Virus record (IMG/VR): IMGVR_UViG_3300012979_000004
Coordinates: 35,928 to 99,927 of that record
Strand: one strand, 5' to 3'
Source: a virus
Taxonomy: Duplodnaviria; Caudoviricetes
DNA length: 64,000 nucleotides
The notes under the pieces are model-generated. The model worked only from the letters and a program-made list of their open reading frames with translations. It made no database searches and was not told where the DNA came from. Positions 19,604 to 34,600 of the stretch are shown one piece after another. How positions within the stretch are numbered: the stretch's first letter is position 1; every line of letters begins with the position of its first letter. The translations under genes and the position numbers were made by a program.

Positions 19604-22600
19604 TTAAAATGGAAGATCTTCAAATCCGCCATTACATTTATCCTCTTGTTTTTTACCCAAATTGGACAAGTAAACAATCTATTCCTTTCGTATCTCATCA
19701 TCCAATTCGCTTATTTGCTAGCGAATGGCATCGGCAGAAGCATTAAGTTTTTCCATCGCTTCTCTGCCTGTCGATATATCTTCTTCAGACCTATCATACT
19801 ATTTAGAAATAGCACTTTTCACAAGTTGTATAACATCATTATCTACGTTTACGTCGTGGTTGCTTGCAATAAGATTTGAAAATTTAGAAACGTTAATGAC
19901 GAACTTGTAGAATGGTACAGTGACTTTCCCAAATACGGGGCTATACTCTTCTCTAACATCTTCTTGTATGTTTATTAGATTTTCGATATCGTTTCCAAAC
20001 ATCTTTTTAAGATTTTCAACTCTCTCGTTCTTTTCGCTTTTTCCACGGTACCACTCAGACTCTACAGATTTAAAGCCGTTTAACTCTAAATAGTTCAAAA
20101 TATTATACGCAATTGTGAAATAATTACTTTTTACGGAATTGTCCAATCTTGCAAAATTGTATTTATTGTCAAATAGATGTTCTGTTGGAAATATGAAAGG
20201 TGAAGTAACAACATTTTCACTGATATTAATTCTCATACTAACGAGACCAAATATACTTTTACCGTTGTCTATAAATCCGTTTATACCTCTAAGCTTTCCT
20301 GCGGGAGTATTTATAACAAACGGATCGTGTTCTATCGGAGATATAAACTACTTTTGTACTACCTGTTTTTTATTTACGACCTCTCTTAGTCGATTTGTTA
20401 AAATCCAACGTTGTTCGTGTAATGCTCCAATGCGGCCTTCGCCAAACGGAGATACTGGTTCTGAAACATCGTCAAAGATTTTCTGATCGTCATAAACAGA
20501 CTTGGACGACGTAATCACCGGTCTTCCGTATTCATCGTTCTTGATTTCAAATATTGTAGACTATATCGCTTCAAGACTATATACTCTGAATGTAATTCTT
20601 GCGCTGGATTGGTCTTGTGTTAATTTTTCCACATTGCCTACAATAGACATAAACATAGGACCATCTCTAAAGACTACTATTTGTCCGTCATTTAATTTAC
20701 CTTCTTTGCCAGGCTCGGCCTCAAAAGAATAGTCTACTATATCTCTAGGAATATTTACAGTTACGTCTGCTGTACTATTAGCAGAATCTAAATACTCATC
20801 AAAGCGTTCAAGTTGTGGCAATATCTGTTCGTATACAACCTTCTTGTTTACAAAAGACACTGTGTTGCTAGATATAAACAACTTGTAGTTTTCCTTAGCC
20901 CTGCGATTTTCTTCGGCATATTTGTCCATCAATTCCTTACTTGGATTTGTAAGAAGAGTGACCATTGCGTCTTTTATAGTCTTTTCTACAGATTTATATT
21001 CTTTCTATACTCCAAACAGTTTTAGTATTGCAGAAATAAGTTTGTCGAATATATTCTTACCTTTGTGTCTTCTATCAAAATCACGAATGTGCGCCAAGAA
21101 TTCAGGTTTTGATATTTCTGCAATCATTTCAATAGGGCTAGAATACCCGTAAAGATCGTCAGACTGTATCCAAAATTCAAACGCTTTTTCAACATTCATT
21201 CCACGACTCGATATACCTTTTTTATCGAAATGTTGTTCTATGAAATCTTGTTTAAGAAGGTCGTAGCAATATTCTATTTCTGTTATAGCTTGTTGAATTT
21301 CTTTAGGTAGATTAGACCTGTTTGCAGTTTTTAGATAATAACAAGTAACTGCATGAACGGATTCGTGTAATAATGTATTTGGCTACAATGCGTCCGGGTT
21401 ATACAATATCTTATTCTCACTAGCAACAAATCTACCACTAACCCCTTCTCCAAGATCTGCGGATTCAAACGTGACACCAGTACCATCTAACGCATTAAAT
21501 ACAAGTTCTGTTAATTTTGCATTAGGCGCGCCTTCTCCGAATTGCTATATTAACTGTTGCTTAACACCTTGTATAGAACTTTCACCGCGTTTTCTGTCGT
21601 CAAGTTCTATCGGGGTTTCGATATAAGAAGAGCCATATAACTCTCCGTCATAAAATTGAGAATCTCTAATAGGAGCATCTATATTATAAAACTCTTTTAT
21701 ATATTTTACAACAAACGGTGTGTGTAAATCTTTATAATTTTTATAAATATTTGCGTATTTGTATAAATCAGATGGTTCTTTTGTTCTAGAACCAAGCATT
21801 AAATTGGCGTGTTCGGCAGAATTCTATAATTCTTTCAACTGTTTATGAAGTGATAATAACTGTTGTGATGCATTATCCGGTAATTGAACATCTGCGGCGC
21901 TAAACATGTTTTCCATAATTTTTCGTAGCACGACATATGTTTTGGATCTACGAGCTATTCTATTATAGTCGCGTCTGCTTTTATCCAGATCTCTCACAAC
22001 ATTTAACACACTAGGGTCTACTTCTTTTGACCTTCCGGCATGCATTCTTGCGAGAACGGATGGCGGCAATGATCTTTCATCGGTTACACTATTCTACTTC
22101 TTCCACTCTTCATATTCAGAATCCGTCATATTCTAGTATACGTTTTCATACTCAGTAGCTCCTTTCTTGATAAGTCTCGGTTTGCGTTCTTCTTGTACAC
22201 TATTTTGTTCTGCTCTAAGTTCTTCGCGTACTTCCATGAGAATTCTTGGGAACTCCCTAGAATATTCTTTTCTGCCACGAGTATGTGTCAACTTAACATT
22301 ACCGGTAGAAAGAAGTCTATTTCGTGCAGTTTCATTTTGTTCAAACGAAGCCTTGATAAGATCTTTCAATATCTCATATTTATAAGTATTCCAATCTGTT
22401 ATATCTAACTTAGGAACTTCTCCTCCTAATTGTTTAGCTTTTGCAGAAGTAGCGGCGTTCTATATGCTTTTAAACCATTGATCTCTTTCTTCTGCCATCA
22501 TGTCTGTATAGAACACCTTTGCAGCCTGGAAAGCTCTTTCTACAGATTTAAATTCATATTCTTCGTTGCTACCAGGAGCTCCTATAACAGAACCTTTAAT

Positions 22601-25600
22601 CTTGAACGGACGTTCCGCAAAATTACTTAAATCTGGATTAGATCTGTTAGGATCGTTGTCACTACTACCATACCATATTTCCATTGGTCTTACCCCGTTT
22701 GCTCCGCCAGAATGAAGAGTATGACCGTCATATGGCATGTCATATGTACCAGGAGTATTTACTTTAGGTTCCTGTATCGTCTAATCAAACATTCCTGTAC
22801 TAACCCACGCTCTACTAAAATGCACATTTGTTGGAATTGGGCCAGCTTCTTTGAACATGGCGATCATTTCGGCACCAACATAACCATTGAGTGTCAATTC
22901 TGTCAACCCGTTTGTATATGCGACTTTAAATACTTTTTCAGGAGTTTGTCTAGCAGCTTCATATAAACTCTTTATTGATTTTACTATGTCGTCTGGAGAA
23001 ATAGTACGTTTTACAGGATTGCTCTTAACCTGGTCGTATGTAATATTAGAAGGATCGAACTCAAATCCACTTTGTTCTGCACGATAATGATCTAATACTT
23101 TTTGTCTTTGACGTTCACCTGGTCTATACCATTCAGTGCCTTTAGAAGCTTCTATATCTTTTGTAGGTAACGCGTAGGCGTTTCCGGTCATACCTTCTCC
23201 GACTCCTATTTTTGCTCCAAACATATCTTTAGCATATCGTGCAGCTCCAGCTCCATGGATACCCTAAGGATTACTACCAAACACCATTATCGTACTTCCA
23301 TCTGGAACAATATTACCGTCATAGTAGTTTGGTCGCTGAGTAAACGTTTGGTCGGATTCATATGAAGCTCCGGCAGATCTTTGTCTGTTTACACCCTCTA
23401 CCATTGCTGCAAGGGTTTTGTCGACAATGTTGCTTTGCACAAGCACTGACAAATTTGTTTTGTGTTCATAAACATAATCTGCGATTGTAAGCAGCGCGTC
23501 TCCTGGAGTTGTTGCAGTTACACCTAATATGTCAAGTAGTGTTTTTAAACTACGATTCACCAACTCTTCTGAATTACTACGCTCATTTGCATAATACTAT
23601 AGAACACGCTCGCGCTTGTCATACACGCCACCTTTGTGATCTACTAACTAGTATATTGGGTAATTACTACCTGTTTTACTGCTGCCTGAGCTAACAAGCT
23701 TGTACATATTATATGCGTCCCTTCCTTTTATGGCACTCTGACTGTCGTACTTAGGAATCTTTATGTAAGTTTTTGGATTAGTTATTGTAGAATTTCCACT
23801 ATTGTCAATACCTGCAATTAATAATGGAGTTCCGTTTACGTCCTTACCTGATGTAAACGATTGGAACACCGGCTTGTTCTTGTTATACATATTGTACTTT
23901 GGAACAATGCTATCGTTATACCAATTGTTTAAGACGATGTCTTCTATATCTTGGTCAGATATAACCTAAAAACCATTCACACACTGTGTGTGCTAGTTTC
24001 TCATATGTTCCGAATACGAATTATCGTCATTATCAATCTTTCCAAGTTTCCAAGAGTTTGGTACGTATTTGAACAGATTTTTACCTCCGTAATCTCCTGA
24101 AGTTATGAACGCGTATACAATCAACTCTCTTGCAAACTGTTGCAACTCTGGGTATCTTGAATCCGACAATAAATCCTCCCAAGCCTAAGTAAGATCGTCA
24201 GCGTTAAATGTATCGTCTATTACAAAGTCTAATGACTAAATAAACTTAACTCCTCCGTCATATTCATATTTATTGCCGCTAACCAACGCCTAAAGCAGGT
24301 AATTAATCGGACCACCGGTTCTACTATCGATCAGCTACCTGTATTTCTAATCGTTTATAAGGTTTGTCTTAATCTACAACAGTTTGTCATATATTGTAGA
24401 GCTGCCTGAAATAAGACTTTCAGGATTTATTTTATACCTTTCACAGTATCCATTTTGACCGAAGAAGTATTTAGATTTAATCTTTGCCATAATGGCGTTT
24501 TGCACAAGATTGATAACCTTAGGATCTTTTCCTGTATTTCCAACTGTTGTCAACACTCTGTCTACATCCTATACAAATTGATCGGTAGCTTCTATCATTT
24601 GATTACCAAGGACTTGTCTAAACAGGTTTGTTGCCACCTATGTTTGATGTTGTATGTAACTTTTTTGATACATATTATCTAGACTCTGTGTGTCAAATAG
24701 AGCTCTGTATTCACCTTGTGCATCTGGTTCAAACAATTCAGCAACACCCTACAAATACTTCTGCTATTCTACCAAGTTTTTACCTTGCTTCTTAGTATCA
24801 ATTTTTGTATGTTGTACCAACGAAGATAGTGCCTTAGCATAAGGTTTAAATTGGGTATTAGCAAAATATACGATCATCTGGATATCAAATGCAGACATTT
24901 TGTGTTTTTCGCCGTTTATTGTCAACTCATAGTCTTCAACATCGTCTTCTACACTAGTATACTTAGAACCAAATTCTCCAATGTGCTTTTTTGCAACTTT
25001 TCGCATCACATCGCAGTCTTTTGCAAAAAGAGCCTGAATTGCATCATCTATGTTGAAATCGCACGTTCCTTGGTAGTACTTTATCGCAACGTCGTACGAT
25101 TTGAACGCTTGACCAAAATGTGCGTCTATCATATTTTTTACAACAGCCTATTCAGCCTCTTCAGAAATCTTAGTCTTACTCTTAGACTAATCGTTCATGT
25201 ATATACCATTTGCATTTTGATACGATATTGCCAATTGTCGCATTATAGGCTGAGTTGTAAAATAGAACGTGTCTTTTCCAAGACCAGCATGCGTTAACAA
25301 AGATACAAGATTATACGTATACTAATTAACATTCAGCTCCGGTATCCACGGATCTTTTGCTGCATCGACGTGAGCATTAATCAACCCTGAGAACCAACTC
25401 ATGATAGATTTACCATATCTATCTTGATATCCACCTAAGTTTGTAAGACCAAGCCTTGTCATAATAGATTCACTGTCGTCGAGCTTAACGTTATACAACT
25501 GCATCAATATATGCGTGTTGTTATTAAGTGCAAACGGGGCTATTCCGAATTTACCAGAAATAAATACATTCTTTGTGTTAGATTGTTCCCTAAGTATATA

Positions 25601-28600
25601 TCCACTATACGGCATTAGCGTTTCTTTCTGAATACCTTCTCTGAGATCGTCTCGTATTTCAGTAAGAAATGATGTATCGTTGTCAATGGAACCATTTAAA
25701 TCTTGGAACGAGTGATCAGAATCTTTAAGTACAGAAAGATATGCATTTATCAACCTGTTTGCATACCATTCATGAGTGCGCTCTTCAAAATCAACAGTTC
25801 CCTGTGGATTATAATATAATCTAGACAGGAACATCTTATCGATATCGTAGTCGGATCCAGTAATAGAGGTGATTGCTTTAGGCATTATGATAGTGTCTCT
25901 AATCACCGGAATCACATCTACACAACGCATAGCGTGGATAGAAGATACAGCCTGTGTTGGGATACGGTATCCTATTATATTTGCACTTGCGCCGGTACCA
26001 GGTATCGGTTTACCATCTTCATCATATTTAGGTCCGCCTATTATCTTATGATCAATGAGCCATTGACGTTGTTCTTCAAAAGACAAGCTGCTTACAGAAA
26101 CATATTCATCTGTTTCATATTCTTCTTCAACTTGAACGTCGTGTGTGCGCGTATAGTCTGTATGCGGTACGCCGTATTTTTCGTACGTGTCGTATTCTTT
26201 CTTGACTACTTTTCTTGTCTTCTTGATTTTTTTTCCAGTCTTTACCTTGGCTTTCTTAAGAATATCTTCAAAATAATCAATCGAAAGCACAACGTCCATA
26301 GAACCATCTTCATTCTTAACCTGTAACGGCTTTCCGTCATTTAACGACGGTGGTATATTTTCATCGCTGAGCACAGATACACCCTCCATACCCCAAGGAG
26401 ATCTTTGATAAAACGCCTTACCTGGTGTGTTCGTGTCTATCACACGCTTGTCTATCATAGACTTAATGATACTCTATATCCAATTCATTCCAGATAAAGC
26501 AGCCAAAGGAACTTTAAGTTGCCCGTTTTCAACGCTCACTGCGTCTATCATTTCTGCACTAGCCCCCCTGCCAACAAGCTCTTTTGTAAGAACGCTGCTG
26601 AACTTATTAACGTCAAACTAGCCATCGGTAAAAAACAATTCTTTAGTAATCTACATGCCGCTATCACTCATAGCGTTGAGACATTCCATGATCCTGTTTC
26701 TAACCTATGTTGCGCTCAGATTCTCTCCACCAACAACATATGTTCTACCAGGAACCAGTGTAGACAAAGCAACCTTTTTTGTTTGCGTACCGATAGACAT
26801 TTCTTCTTTATCTTTCGGATCGGTGTTAAATTGCTTGCGAAGATACTTGATTTTCTGTGTATATGTATTAAACTTAAGACTATCAATGTTGTTCCAATCT
26901 ACAGAAACAGAACCCTGTCCTCCTACTTTCACAGCAGAACGCATCATGATCATATCTATATGATTGTTTTGCATCTTTTGATAAAAATCTGCCAACGGTC
27001 CTGTTGCTATAGATTTGAATATTGGGAATAATGCGGTTTTGTTATAATAAGGAATATGTGTAATAGTTGTGTTTCCTTCAGCGTCTGTATGTTTGCGTTC
27101 TCTAAATCCAAATGCTGTGTATTTTTGTGCACCTATTACTGAAGTAAGCACAAGTTGATATGCTTTTGCCAACTCTCGAATATCTTTAGTAGTGTATACT
27201 TTGCCATCTACTTCTTTGCCGGTAAGTATGTCGAATGCTCGTTTCACATCACCGTTGAAAGATCCAGCCATTCTGAGAAGGTTTTCACACATCTATTCAG
27301 ATATATATGACGCACCGTCTGTTACGTTTATTTTCTTAAACGCGTTTACTTTTGAATTGACTGAGTTAGTAATGACAGTTTTTACAACATCATCAAAAGT
27401 ATTCCAAATGTCTTCGATTTCCATCTCATCCACCTCTTTTGACAACTGTTCGGCACGATCAACATCGTCGAAAGAAATACCTTCTTCAGCAATCCTGTTT
27501 TTCAGATAGGTATCACGAATAGTCCCTTCGTGTATAAGTTTATATAGTTCGTCGATATTATCCTCAGAAGCTTTTTCATCGTTGACTTCGGCGCAAACAT
27601 AATCTTCTTCTATCCCAGGTAAAATAACGTTGTTAAAACCAGTAGACACAAGACCTCCGAGTCGTTTAGATTGGTCGTCGGTTCTGTTGTAAAGATGACC
27701 ATTCTTGTCGTACTTAAAGCCGTAGAACGATGGGTGTCCGCTAAATACACGTTCGTACTCGTTCATAGATATGATTCCCTTTGCAACAACATCGCCGACA
27801 AGCATCATCAATGCGGTTCTACGTAGTTTATCTTGATCTCCGTTTGGATACTTTGCTGCAAGTACGCCATAAATAGAATCCAACTTTTTGTAATCCAGTC
27901 CGACGTTTTGGTATCTAAGCATGTTAGAATCTTGTTGGTTTTGTTTCCCCACATCCTGAATGATGCCTAGTTCGCATATATACTACAATTCTTTTTCGAC
28001 CTGTCTTAAAAGAATCTCATTTATCATGTTTCTCTATTCTTCAGGACTCTTGTCGAAGAAATATTCATGCGCGATTCTCTAGCACATTTGCTCATCCTGG
28101 TACACACCGTTTTCATCAAACAGCTTATTAAACTCTATGAACCTACCGTTATCCCACACGCCAAGCAGAGTACTAAACCTACCTCCTTGTTTTACAGTAT
28201 GTTTTATTTTTTCACCGTTTGGAAGAACTTCTTCTACTACTGCAGATTCGTCATAATTCTAAACGCGTTCTGAATCAGGAATAGACTCTGATAAGAATCT
28301 TGTTATCGATGCGTCTTCTGTCTTAGCATAAGCAATAAGTTGATCTAATACCTCATCATTAACAATTCTTCCCTTTTTCGAAGGCACTGTGTCTGGTAGC
28401 TTGTTAAAATCCAATCCTGGTAAGAAAAGGCCTTTTATATAACCCCAAGTCTTTTTGTCAGATTGTGTTGGGAATAACATTCTTCCTGATGACAATGCTG
28501 AGAATTTAGAAACATAGTCTTCTCTTGCACTCATATGTGCATAATCAACGTCTTCTACACCAGCATCACTACTACTAAAACCTATAAGAGTTGCTATTTC

Positions 28601-31600
28601 CAATTTACCTTTGTTTTTATCTACATGTTGAACAAGCAAACTTCCGTATGCAACACTTTCTCCAATCATTTGTTGTTCTACATTATAGATATATGGATTC
28701 GACTTCATCGAAGATAACACGGCTGGATCATTTTGAATTTCAAACAACCTATCGTTCAGGAAGTTGTTTTCGGACATAACGTAAAACGTTTTATTATTTG
28801 TTGTCAGGATAGACAGCTGATCAAACGAATGTCTATATTCGTACTTATAGTTGGCCAAGTTAGAAATAAAACCAATCTTTGTAAATACTTCAGATATACC
28901 CACATAAGCTCGCTGATTTGGCAACAGGACAGTTCCATTTGTGATATTAAGTTTTCCGTTGTAGTTAAGAGATGAAACAAAATCAAGGAATCCTTTAAAG
29001 CTTCCAAATCGCTAGTCTGTCAAGAATTCATATAAGCCTTTTGCCCCAACATCTTGATATCGCTGCAACAATGTGTAATCTAACGCATCTTTTTCGAAGT
29101 TTATTCCGAACCAACTAAGCGTACGAACTACGTAGTTTTTACACATTTCGACATGCTGTGCGTTGTTTAGATCGATCTGTACACCATTTAATTCAAATGG
29201 CTTCGGGCTTTGATTGTTCGGGCTAAGTGCCTACAACATACCATTTGCTCCAATAAACGAATCGACAATTGCTGTAAAAACATATGGGGACATCCCGTTT
29301 TTCATAACATAATCGCCTCTTTCGTTCTATTTGATAAAATAGCCAACACCGGCTGCAAGATTTTGCTACCAATCTTTAGTAAATTTTGTTGCAGCGTGCT
29401 GAGAACCAGACGACGTGATATATACAGTATATCCGTATTTGCTCTTTTTCATTTTAGCGATCTCAAACACGTTTTTATTTTGACGAACGGTTTGTGTAAT
29501 TTGAACTAATAGCTGTTCCGCATCGTAATCTACTGGAGTCCCGTTTGTCGGATCTACGGCATCCCATACTTTTTCAAAACGTCTAGAAATCACATTATAC
29601 ATATAGTTCTTTTCTCCAAGACGCTTGAGTTCTTTTCTTAGATCACTAACGCTAGATATTTCGTGTAAATCGTTCAGCATTCTAGCATAAACCTGTGCAG
29701 CAGGCATCAATTCTGGCAGACCGCAGTCGTTTAACCTAGGCACCTTTTTTCCGCCAGCGTTAAATGTATAGTCCGGTATTCCAGCGAAAAAGAATTTTAC
29801 CTTCTCACTAGCTCTATTAAACGGATTAAATTCATATGACGCCTTAATATGTCCATCCACCGCTTCAGCACCAGAGTTAGCAGGATCATCGTCATCAATT
29901 GTACTATCGGCATCGTCTGGTGTAGTTGGATCTGGAACAGCCGTGTCTAGTACAGAATGATTTGCTTCTTCATACTTAACTTTAAAATCGGTAGAGAACT
30001 ATGCAATATGACTAGCAATATCTGGCTAAACAACATCCCAGTTGTCCATCAATTCTTTTAACGCAGTCCTTGTTTCATACGGAATACGATACACAGGTGT
30101 TCCGTTCTTCATGCCAATCGGTTCCATCCACTGCTTCCAGATTGCAGATTTCATAGCCAACTCTTTGTCTACACTTAGTTCAGATATATTTGCTCCAGAC
30201 CATTCTATTCTTTGTGTAGATGGGTTCATAAACAAATATGTCAAACTTTTAACAAGAGTTCTATAGTGTCGTTCGTTAACAATATTTGGCAACTTCCTCT
30301 CACGTTTTGTAAAATTGAGCCCGTTTGCAGCAAATGCTTTGAATCGTTCTTGAGCCTCTTTTGTAGGCTATACATCCCTGAATTTACCTAAAGATGTTAC
30401 TGTATATAAGTAGAACAGTCTTAAGCTTCCAACGGATTTTAACATCTCTACCCAATCTTTAATTTGAGTATACATCTGTTTGAGATTGAACGTAAACTTA
30501 AACGTTGGCTTATTCATCATGAAGTACATAAAATTATCTGCCAACGCCTCGGCAACCTACTTGTCAGTAAGAGTCTTTCTACCTTTTTTGGCATTACGGT
30601 AAGCAGAATAAACCTTATCACGTTGTTTTGACGTAAGAAGTAATTCTACAACTCTATGGAACGCTTCGTGATATTCTACTCCAGATTCCGCTTTTCTAGA
30701 AAGGATTATAGAATCGCTATAACAACTACCTACAACAGAAGCTCCGCTACGCAACATTGCTATAACATCGTCTACGAATTCAATCTTTACTCCATTTGAC
30801 CCAAATATTTTCTCCAGACGGGCTCTTGCTTTCTGCTCACTGATTTTTTCACCATTTGACTACGTAGTAATACGCTTATCCATGCGTTCAACATCAAAGG
30901 CAAACGCATCATCGATTACGTCATCTATACCGTATGTTATGCCGTTGTTTTGTGCTTCTGTTACGGATACTTCCACTGGATTGTTTGTGACTTGTGCAGA
31001 AGTTGGTTCATCCACAGGAATGTCGTCAACGATTTTAACCTAAGCAGTATCATCAAAATTAAGCAGTGTGTTATCTACACCATCAAAACGTGTTTCTATA
31101 AATCCACGTTTCATGTACCATCCGAGTCCAGTTAAACCAAGCACGTCGTTTGGATTGGAAGGATCTTTAAAATCGTCTAAGTCAAATACAATACTACTGT
31201 TTCCAAACTAAATCTGCTTTTTTTGTCTCAACAACTATTGTCCTGACGGATTATTTAAAAACCCAAGAAGTTTACTAAACGGATTGTTTCTGTCTCGGCT
31301 ACCCAATCTATGTTGCATTACAACATCGCTTAGATTTCTACTAACGTTGTCCATAAGGAAATCCCTCAGCGCCTACTTTCCGCTTGGTGTATCTAAGTAA
31401 TACGTTCGTTCTGTCAAATCGTCTCCAGCAACTTTTCCAATAAGTTTTACTGCCTTTTTATGCAACTTATCGTATTCCACATGTAACATTTGTTTTCCGG
31501 TTTGCGGTCCAAATGGAATCAACAAACTTAAAACTTGATCGTTTGTAAGGCCGTATTGTATGTTGTTTTGTACAAATACCTAAGAGAGATCTGTAGAACC

Positions 31601-34600
31601 ATCCGCTGTGTGCTATCCGTCGAGAATTTCTATAATAAGATTTGCGTCACCTTGCGTCATTTTTGACGGACTCATTACAACTGGTATTTTTGTTTGCGAG
31701 TTTGGCTCTTCGTAATGAAGATCTAGAGCCATTCCGTACATGCCTGACAACCCCTCTGTGTTTTCACGGAACGGTAATAACGGTATGTTTTGCCCACCGT
31801 TTATACCAGGAACAACGATTGCGTACATGCCACCCTGTTCTACAATTCTACCAAACGGTTGACTTGGATTGAGCTGTACATCGTATAAATACACTTCGCC
31901 TTCCCCAGGTTTTGTGCCAACCAATGGTTTTCTTCCAGGAGTGGTTTCTGTCATTAAGCTAAGAGATGTACCTGCGTGCATTTTACCACCTGTTCTTCTT
32001 ACTACAGTAGGTACTACAACCTGTCCAGCTTTAGCTTTACGTAGAGCGTTCATTACTCTACCGTAGAATTTTTCACCGATTGGATTTCTTGCATTAGAAA
32101 TAGTAACAGGCTGATATGTAACACCTTTGTACGTAATCTGAACCGTTAGTTTTTGCTGACCGTTCACCATTACAGTTCCAAAAACCATTTTAGATTTCGT
32201 TATGAAATCCTTTTCTCCAGTAACATACTTAAGTTTTTTAGAAGGATCATCTATTGCTACAGCGTCTTCTATGCCTATAGAGTTCTCAAAAGTGTGAGTA
32301 TAAGTGGTTGTATGTTGTGTCCAATCGTCAACCTACACTTCACCCTTAGCCTTATTCTTCGCTTGAGCAGCACTGTCTGTCAGTTGCTTATGTGCTGCGT
32401 CCGTAGCTTGCTATTCTGCTTCTTCGGCCAATTGCTGTGCTTCTGCTGCATTTTTTTCAGACTGCTTATAAGCATTATCGTGCACAACTGCATCTGTTGT
32501 TGATTCTGCAGCATCTGCTATGTCTCTCTGATCATCGGAAACTCTTGCAGCAGCGTCCTTAACGTCATCAGTAACATTCTAGTTGTTATCATCTATAACA
32601 ACGTTCATGTTATCTATTGCTGACTTTGCTCGATCTGTAGCATCTTTTGTTTTTTGCAGATCAGCTTGTTTCCTGGTTGTGTACTGATCTAATACATCGT
32701 TTGATCGCTCAAGCTCTAGCAACACAGGTCTCTTGACATCCTACCCTGCTTCGTCTTTTACGTACCCATTTTGCTCATCATTGATCACTACATCAAAGTT
32801 AGACGCCCCATATTCATCACCGTCATCCTATAACTATACGTTCTCATCTGACCTTTTATAATTCAACACCCACGGTAGTATTAAAAGAGACCCGACATTA
32901 CCGTCTAAGTTGTCATTAAGCATAATGCTGTACATAGTAAGCTGGTTTGAATATTGTCGCCTATATGTACGCTTTGCAGTACGAGGCTCACTCGTATCCC
33001 AATCCAATGTACGATAAGCTTGTGAGAATCGGTCGTACACAATGTTGTGATTTCTGCTATTGATTTTTGGTACAAACGAGTCGGTTGATGTCTTAAAGTC
33101 TATTATGTGGTATTTTCCGTCAGAATCAACCACAATCATATCGGTTTCACCAGCTACTCGAACGACATCACCATTTGCGTATTGTAGTTCTGAATATAAA
33201 AATACAGGATCTGTGATTAAAATCCAACCACGACTGTCAAACAATTTTTTTATCTCCGAAAGCTGTCTTACAATTTCATTATAAGTTCTTTCAGACATGT
33301 TGTCTTTATATTTAGAATAAGATGCTAATTTTCCAGCAAAGAATGTTCTACAGATTTCATCTATTAGGTTTCCATACTTAACAGATATGTGTACTGTTTC
33401 GTTACTACAGATGTCAGCTATAGAATCCTCCACATCGCCAATTTGATCAGGATTATCTTTCACATATTGAATATACGTATCTACCACAACCGGCTCTTCG
33501 TCTGGGAACTGTTTATTATGTTCTTCAGCGGCTTTTCTTGCAGCCTTTTCCCACTCGTTCATGTCAGATCTGAGTGATAATAATTGCTGCTTTATACGGT
33601 GCTCGTTTTTCCTTTTTGAAGATGTGTTGACAAACATTTCATCAAGAACGCTGTGCACCCTTCGGTACATTACAAGTTTACCATCACGCTCAATAAAATA
33701 ATCATGACCTGTACGCAAATCTATTCTGACTCTTTCCTTGTCTTCTGCTATTTTATCCAACAAAGCCTTTACTGCAGCTTGTTGTGCATTACTGTGTAAC
33801 ACTTCGTCAGCAGAAGCTACTGATGCAGCTGTAGATGAAGATGGTGCTAGCGGGGGAGTTGTTTCAACACTGACTGTAGGATTACCAACAGTTTTATTTT
33901 TAAGCGGTACTTTAGTCCTAAATGTTTCACTAACCCCGTTTTGTTCCGTTTTGTATTCAATCTCTGCAGTTTTTCCGTCAGAAGAAATCACTTTAGCTAT
34001 ACCGCCGTTTATATCTTGATCTATCCAATCCGCAACCATAGAATAATAGGCGCTAGCTCTATCGATGTCATCACTGGTGACAAAAGCAGGTTGTTCTACC
34101 ACATCTTTATTTTGTTCTGGCAGATTGGGTTTGTCGATTTCTTGTTCAGCAACCTCTTTCACTTCTTGCGGAACAGTCTACGGTGTTTTAGAATCGTCAA
34201 TAGCATTGTCGACTGTACTTTTTATTGTTCTTGGTTTTCTTGTAGGAATAATCTGACCATCTGAATCAAATTCCAAAGAATCAAACCTCTTTGCTAATTT
34301 TTTACCAGCGACGTTTTTACGTTCGTCGTTAGGAATAAACACCAACGCTAGTTCTTTTTCGTTTATATACCCGTTGGTATAAGCATCGTACAACTTCTTA
34401 AATCTACCGCCATACTGCGTAGACATTGCAAAGCCAGCTTGTTCTAACAACTGTAAGAAATCAGTATATGTTTTTGCCTAACTTGCGTATTTTATTGCGT
34501 TGATTGCATTATTATAAGTTTTCTAAGAATTACTCCTATTTGGTACAATAGGGCCTTCTCCGTTTTCTACAACACCCCTTCTCCCGGACGGAATGTATTC

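Noticed and set aside
26100-26260. Lys-rich then acidic insertion near the RNAP active site as an intein or intron
   Set aside because: It is short and in frame, with no Cys/Ser...His-Asn splice motifs or homing endonuclease; more likely a surface loop.
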